Source of the DNA: Gracilibacteraceae bacterium
GTDB taxonomy: Bacteria > Bacillota > Desulfitobacteriia > Desulfitobacteriales > Syntrophobotulaceae
Direction of reading: 5' to 3'
NCBI GenBank assembly: GCA_031266805.1
Contig: JAISAH010000084.1
Span: 4,952 to 68,951 of the forward strand
Length of the DNA stretch: 64,000 nt
A model generated the notes under the pieces. The model did not search any database. It saw only the letters and a program-made list of their open reading frames with translations, and was not told the origin of the DNA. The position numbers and the translations under genes are program-made. Shown here piece after piece: positions 61,893 to 64,000 of the stretch; position 1 is the stretch's first letter; each line of letters opens with the position of its first letter.

Positions 61893-62902
61893 GGAAGATC
61901 CTCGTGGTCGACGACAATAAAACCACATTGCGCGTGATCAACGCCCAGTTGTCGGGCGAATACTATGTGGCGCTGGCGGCGTCCGGCGAGCAGGCGCTGC
62001 AGATCTGCGCGGCGGAAAAACCGGATTTGATATTGCTGGACGTTTTTATGCCCGGCATGGACGGATTTGAGACGCTGCGGCAAATCAAAGCGAACACTCA
62101 ATTCATCGGGATCCCGGTCATTTTTCTCACCGGCAGCAGCGAGACCGGGGTGGAGGTAAAGGGCCTTTCGCTGGGGGCCAAGGATTTTCTGACCAAACCG
62201 GTGGAAAAGAGCGTGCTCATCCACCGCATCGACCTGCATCTGCGTTTCGCCGCCTATCAGGCGCGCCTGGAAAAAATGGTGCGGGAACTTTCGGACAGCA
62301 TCGCCATCTCTTTCGCGGAAATGATCGAGTACCGGGATGAAAGCACCGGCGGTCATGTGGCGCGCACGGGCAATCTTGTCAGGCTGCTCGGCCTTAAACT
62401 GATCGAAACGGGGGCTTTCGGCGATGAACTCACCCCGGCGGAGCTGGATATGATGGTGCGGGCCGCGCCTTTGCACGATATCGGTAAAATAGCCATCAGC
62501 GACCGCATCCTTTTGAAGCCCGACCGGCTGGACGACGAGGAATTCGCCGTCATGAAGCGGCACGCGCCTTTAGGGGCGAGTATTTTGCAAAATATGTACC
62601 GGCGGATGCCGACCCAGCGCTGCCTTTATTACGCCAGTCTGATTGCCGCTTCCCACCATGAGCGTTACGACGGCCGGGGATATCCTTCCGGGCTGGCGGG
62701 GAAGGATATCCCGCTCTGCGGTCGCATTATGGCGGTGGCGGACGTTTATGACGCTTTGACCGACGACCGGGTGTACCGGCGGGGCATCGACCGCGCCGAG
62801 GCTTTCAATATTATTTTGGAAGGCCGGGGGACGAATTTCGACCCCCTGATCGTTGACGCCTTCGCGGCGCTGCGCCAGGATTTGGCGAACAAGGACTTGT
62901 AA
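61889..62902 (+). CDS. Response-regulator receiver fused to an HD-GYP domain, paralog 2
   Basis: (M)RKILVVDDN...DLILLDVFMPGMDG...; HDIGKIAI and HHERYDGRGYP. The GTG at 61889 gives a GTGA overlap with paralog 1. The ATG at 61874 is the ORF-track alternative. Confidence 0.85.
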   Translation: MRKILVVDDNKTTLRVINAQLSGEYYVALAASGEQALQICAAEKPDLILLDVFMPGMDGFETLRQIKANTQFIGIPVIFLTGSSETGVEVKGLSLGAKDFLTKPVEKSVLIHRIDLHLRFAAYQARLEKMVRELSDSIAISFAEMIEYRDESTGGHVARTGNLVRLLGLKLIETGAFGDELTPAELDMMVRAAPLHDIGKIAISDRILLKPDRLDDEEFAVMKRHAPLGASILQNMYRRMPTQRCLYYASLIAASHHERYDGRGYPSGLAGKDIPLCGRIMAVADVYDALTDDRVYRRGIDRAEAFNIILEGRGTNFDPLIVDAFAALRQDLANKDL

Positions 62903-62924
62903 GAGTTTAGGCTGATAATAGGAT

Positions 62925-63938
62925 CTACTCTTTCAAAGCACCTGTTTCTCTCAACAGATTGACTAAAAAATCAATTCTTTCCGGCAGTTCCGCCTGCAAC
63001 TCTGCTCCCCGCATTGGGGTCAGGACAATGCCGGCTTGTTCAGCTTCTGCGACAAAATCCGGGTCGGCAAACAGAGCCATAAAATCATCTTCCAGCTTCT
63101 GGCGAACATCTTCAGGGGTGCCTTTGCGTACCGCCAAACCGCGATCAACGCTTAAAACAATGCCTTCATAGCCAAGTTCCTCGAAAGTTGGCACATCCGG
63201 AAAAAAAGGACTGCGTTCTTTGCCGGCGACAGCAAGCACCCGGACATTGTCCTTATTTTGATAAAAGTCAGTCGTATTGCCGGAGCCGACATCAACGTGG
63301 CCGCCGTACATTGCTGACAAAACGCCGTTCATGCTGGCTTGAGGAAGATGGGTGACCGTGACCCCCGCGGCCGCTTCTATCGCCATGATCAATAGGTGGT
63401 GGGCCCCGTAGACTCCGCCCGAGCCAATCGTTATCTCTCCCGGGCGCGATTTTGCGTCGTCTATCAAGTCCTGCAAAGACTGATAAGGGCTGTCATTCGC
63501 GACGGCTATCGCCGAAGGATCAGTATTCCATAAGGCGATCGGATCAAAAGTATCAATGCTGAATTCTGTGTCGTTAACTAAAGGCATTACTATGACGTGG
63601 GGCAGGAACATGCAAGAGATGTAGTAGCTGTCTATGCCGGCTGTGGAAAACTGGTTCCATCCCACCTGCCCGCCGGCTCCCGGCACATTCTCGACTACCA
63701 GCTCAACGCCGAGGTGCGGTTTTGCATACTTGGAAATGATCCGCAGCTGCATATCGGAGGCGGCGCCCGGATCAAATGGGGTCATGACACGCACGGGTTT
63801 TGTGGGATAATCGCTGGCGGATGTCGGAGCGGCTGGACCCTCCGGACTTGATGCCGGCTGCCCGCAGGCGGAAAAAAGCATTGACAGGAGCAGTAAAGCG
63901 AAAATGAGCGCGCAGCTGTTTTTCAGTTTTCGTTTCAT
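62925..63938 (-). CDS. Tripartite tricarboxylate transporter substrate-binding lipoprotein (TctC/Bug family)
   Basis: Lipobox MLFSAC G, then ...YPTKPVRVMTPFDPGAASDMQLR...VENVPGAGGQVGW.... Confidence 0.8.
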   Translation of the reverse strand: MKRKLKNSCALIFALLLLSMLFSACGQPASSPEGPAAPTSASDYPTKPVRVMTPFDPGAASDMQLRIISKYAKPHLGVELVVENVPGAGGQVGWNQFSTAGIDSYYISCMFLPHVIVMPLVNDTEFSIDTFDPIALWNTDPSAIAVANDSPYQSLQDLIDDAKSRPGEITIGSGGVYGAHHLLIMAIEAAAGVTVTHLPQASMNGVLSAMYGGHVDVGSGNTTDFYQNKDNVRVLAVAGKERSPFFPDVPTFEELGYEGIVLSVDRGLAVRKGTPEDVRQKLEDDFMALFADPDFVAEAEQAGIVLTPMRGAELQAELPERIDFLVNLLRETGALKE

Positions 63939-64000
63939 GTTAACCTCTCCTTTTCCCTCTTTGATTTAAAGAAATAAACCTTCTGGCGTTGGCACGCCCA

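Overview
A 64 kb chromosomal window that looks like a high-GC anaerobic Firmicute (Clostridia-like: CWB2 wall-anchor repeats, a sigma-54 enhancer system, an Etf/acyl-CoA dehydrogenase with radical-dehydratase-type operon, and many ATGA/GTGA coupled gene junctions). All calls come from reading the ORF translations and the DNA by eye. No database search was run.

Ordinary biosynthetic operons:
- hisGDCBHAF(IE), followed without a gap by thiC and an NMT1/THI5-type ABC importer
- leuA
- hom-thrB
- a stand-alone IMP-cyclohydrolase domain followed by purD

Accessory blocks between them:
1. A sharply lower-GC catabolic island of about 12.4 kb (13.7-26.1 kb). It carries a TPP enzyme, a beta-ketoacid CoA-transferase, a thiolase, a CoA-acylating semialdehyde dehydrogenase, a LysR regulator, a TAXI-TRAP transporter, an MBL hydrolase, and a DUF1446/DUF4387 AtuA-like pair.
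2. A 16 kb block (26.2-42.4 kb) that I consider the most interesting. A His-rich CooJ-like protein, CooT and a sigma-54 enhancer-binding protein sit upstream of a textbook -24/-12 promoter. That promoter drives a 13-gene operon: two different BcrAD/HgdC-type ATPases, a ferredoxin, a crotonase, two HGD-D (benzoyl-CoA reductase / 2-hydroxyacyl-CoA dehydratase) subunits, an embedded CooC-type CxC metallochaperone ATPase, a family-I CoA-transferase, an acyl-CoA dehydrogenase, EtfBA, an acyl-CoA ligase and an MFS transporter. No CODH, hydrogenase or urease is in view.
3. A cadC regulator with an internally gutted cadA remnant.
4. A Schlafen/AlbA_2-type protein carrying an unusual IVEN tandem-repeat tract.
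5. A 1972-aa CWB2-anchored surface protein. Its leader has a promoter, 22-bp imperfect inverted repeats flanking 117 bp, and an intrinsic terminator inside that segment. This matches the layout of the Clostridioides difficile cwpV phase-variation switch.
6. Tandem paralogous lipoproteins, two tandem receiver-HD-GYP proteins, and a TctC-type binding protein.

Two small dispersed repeat families are present. I recognised no rRNA, tRNA, CRISPR array, transposase or integrase.
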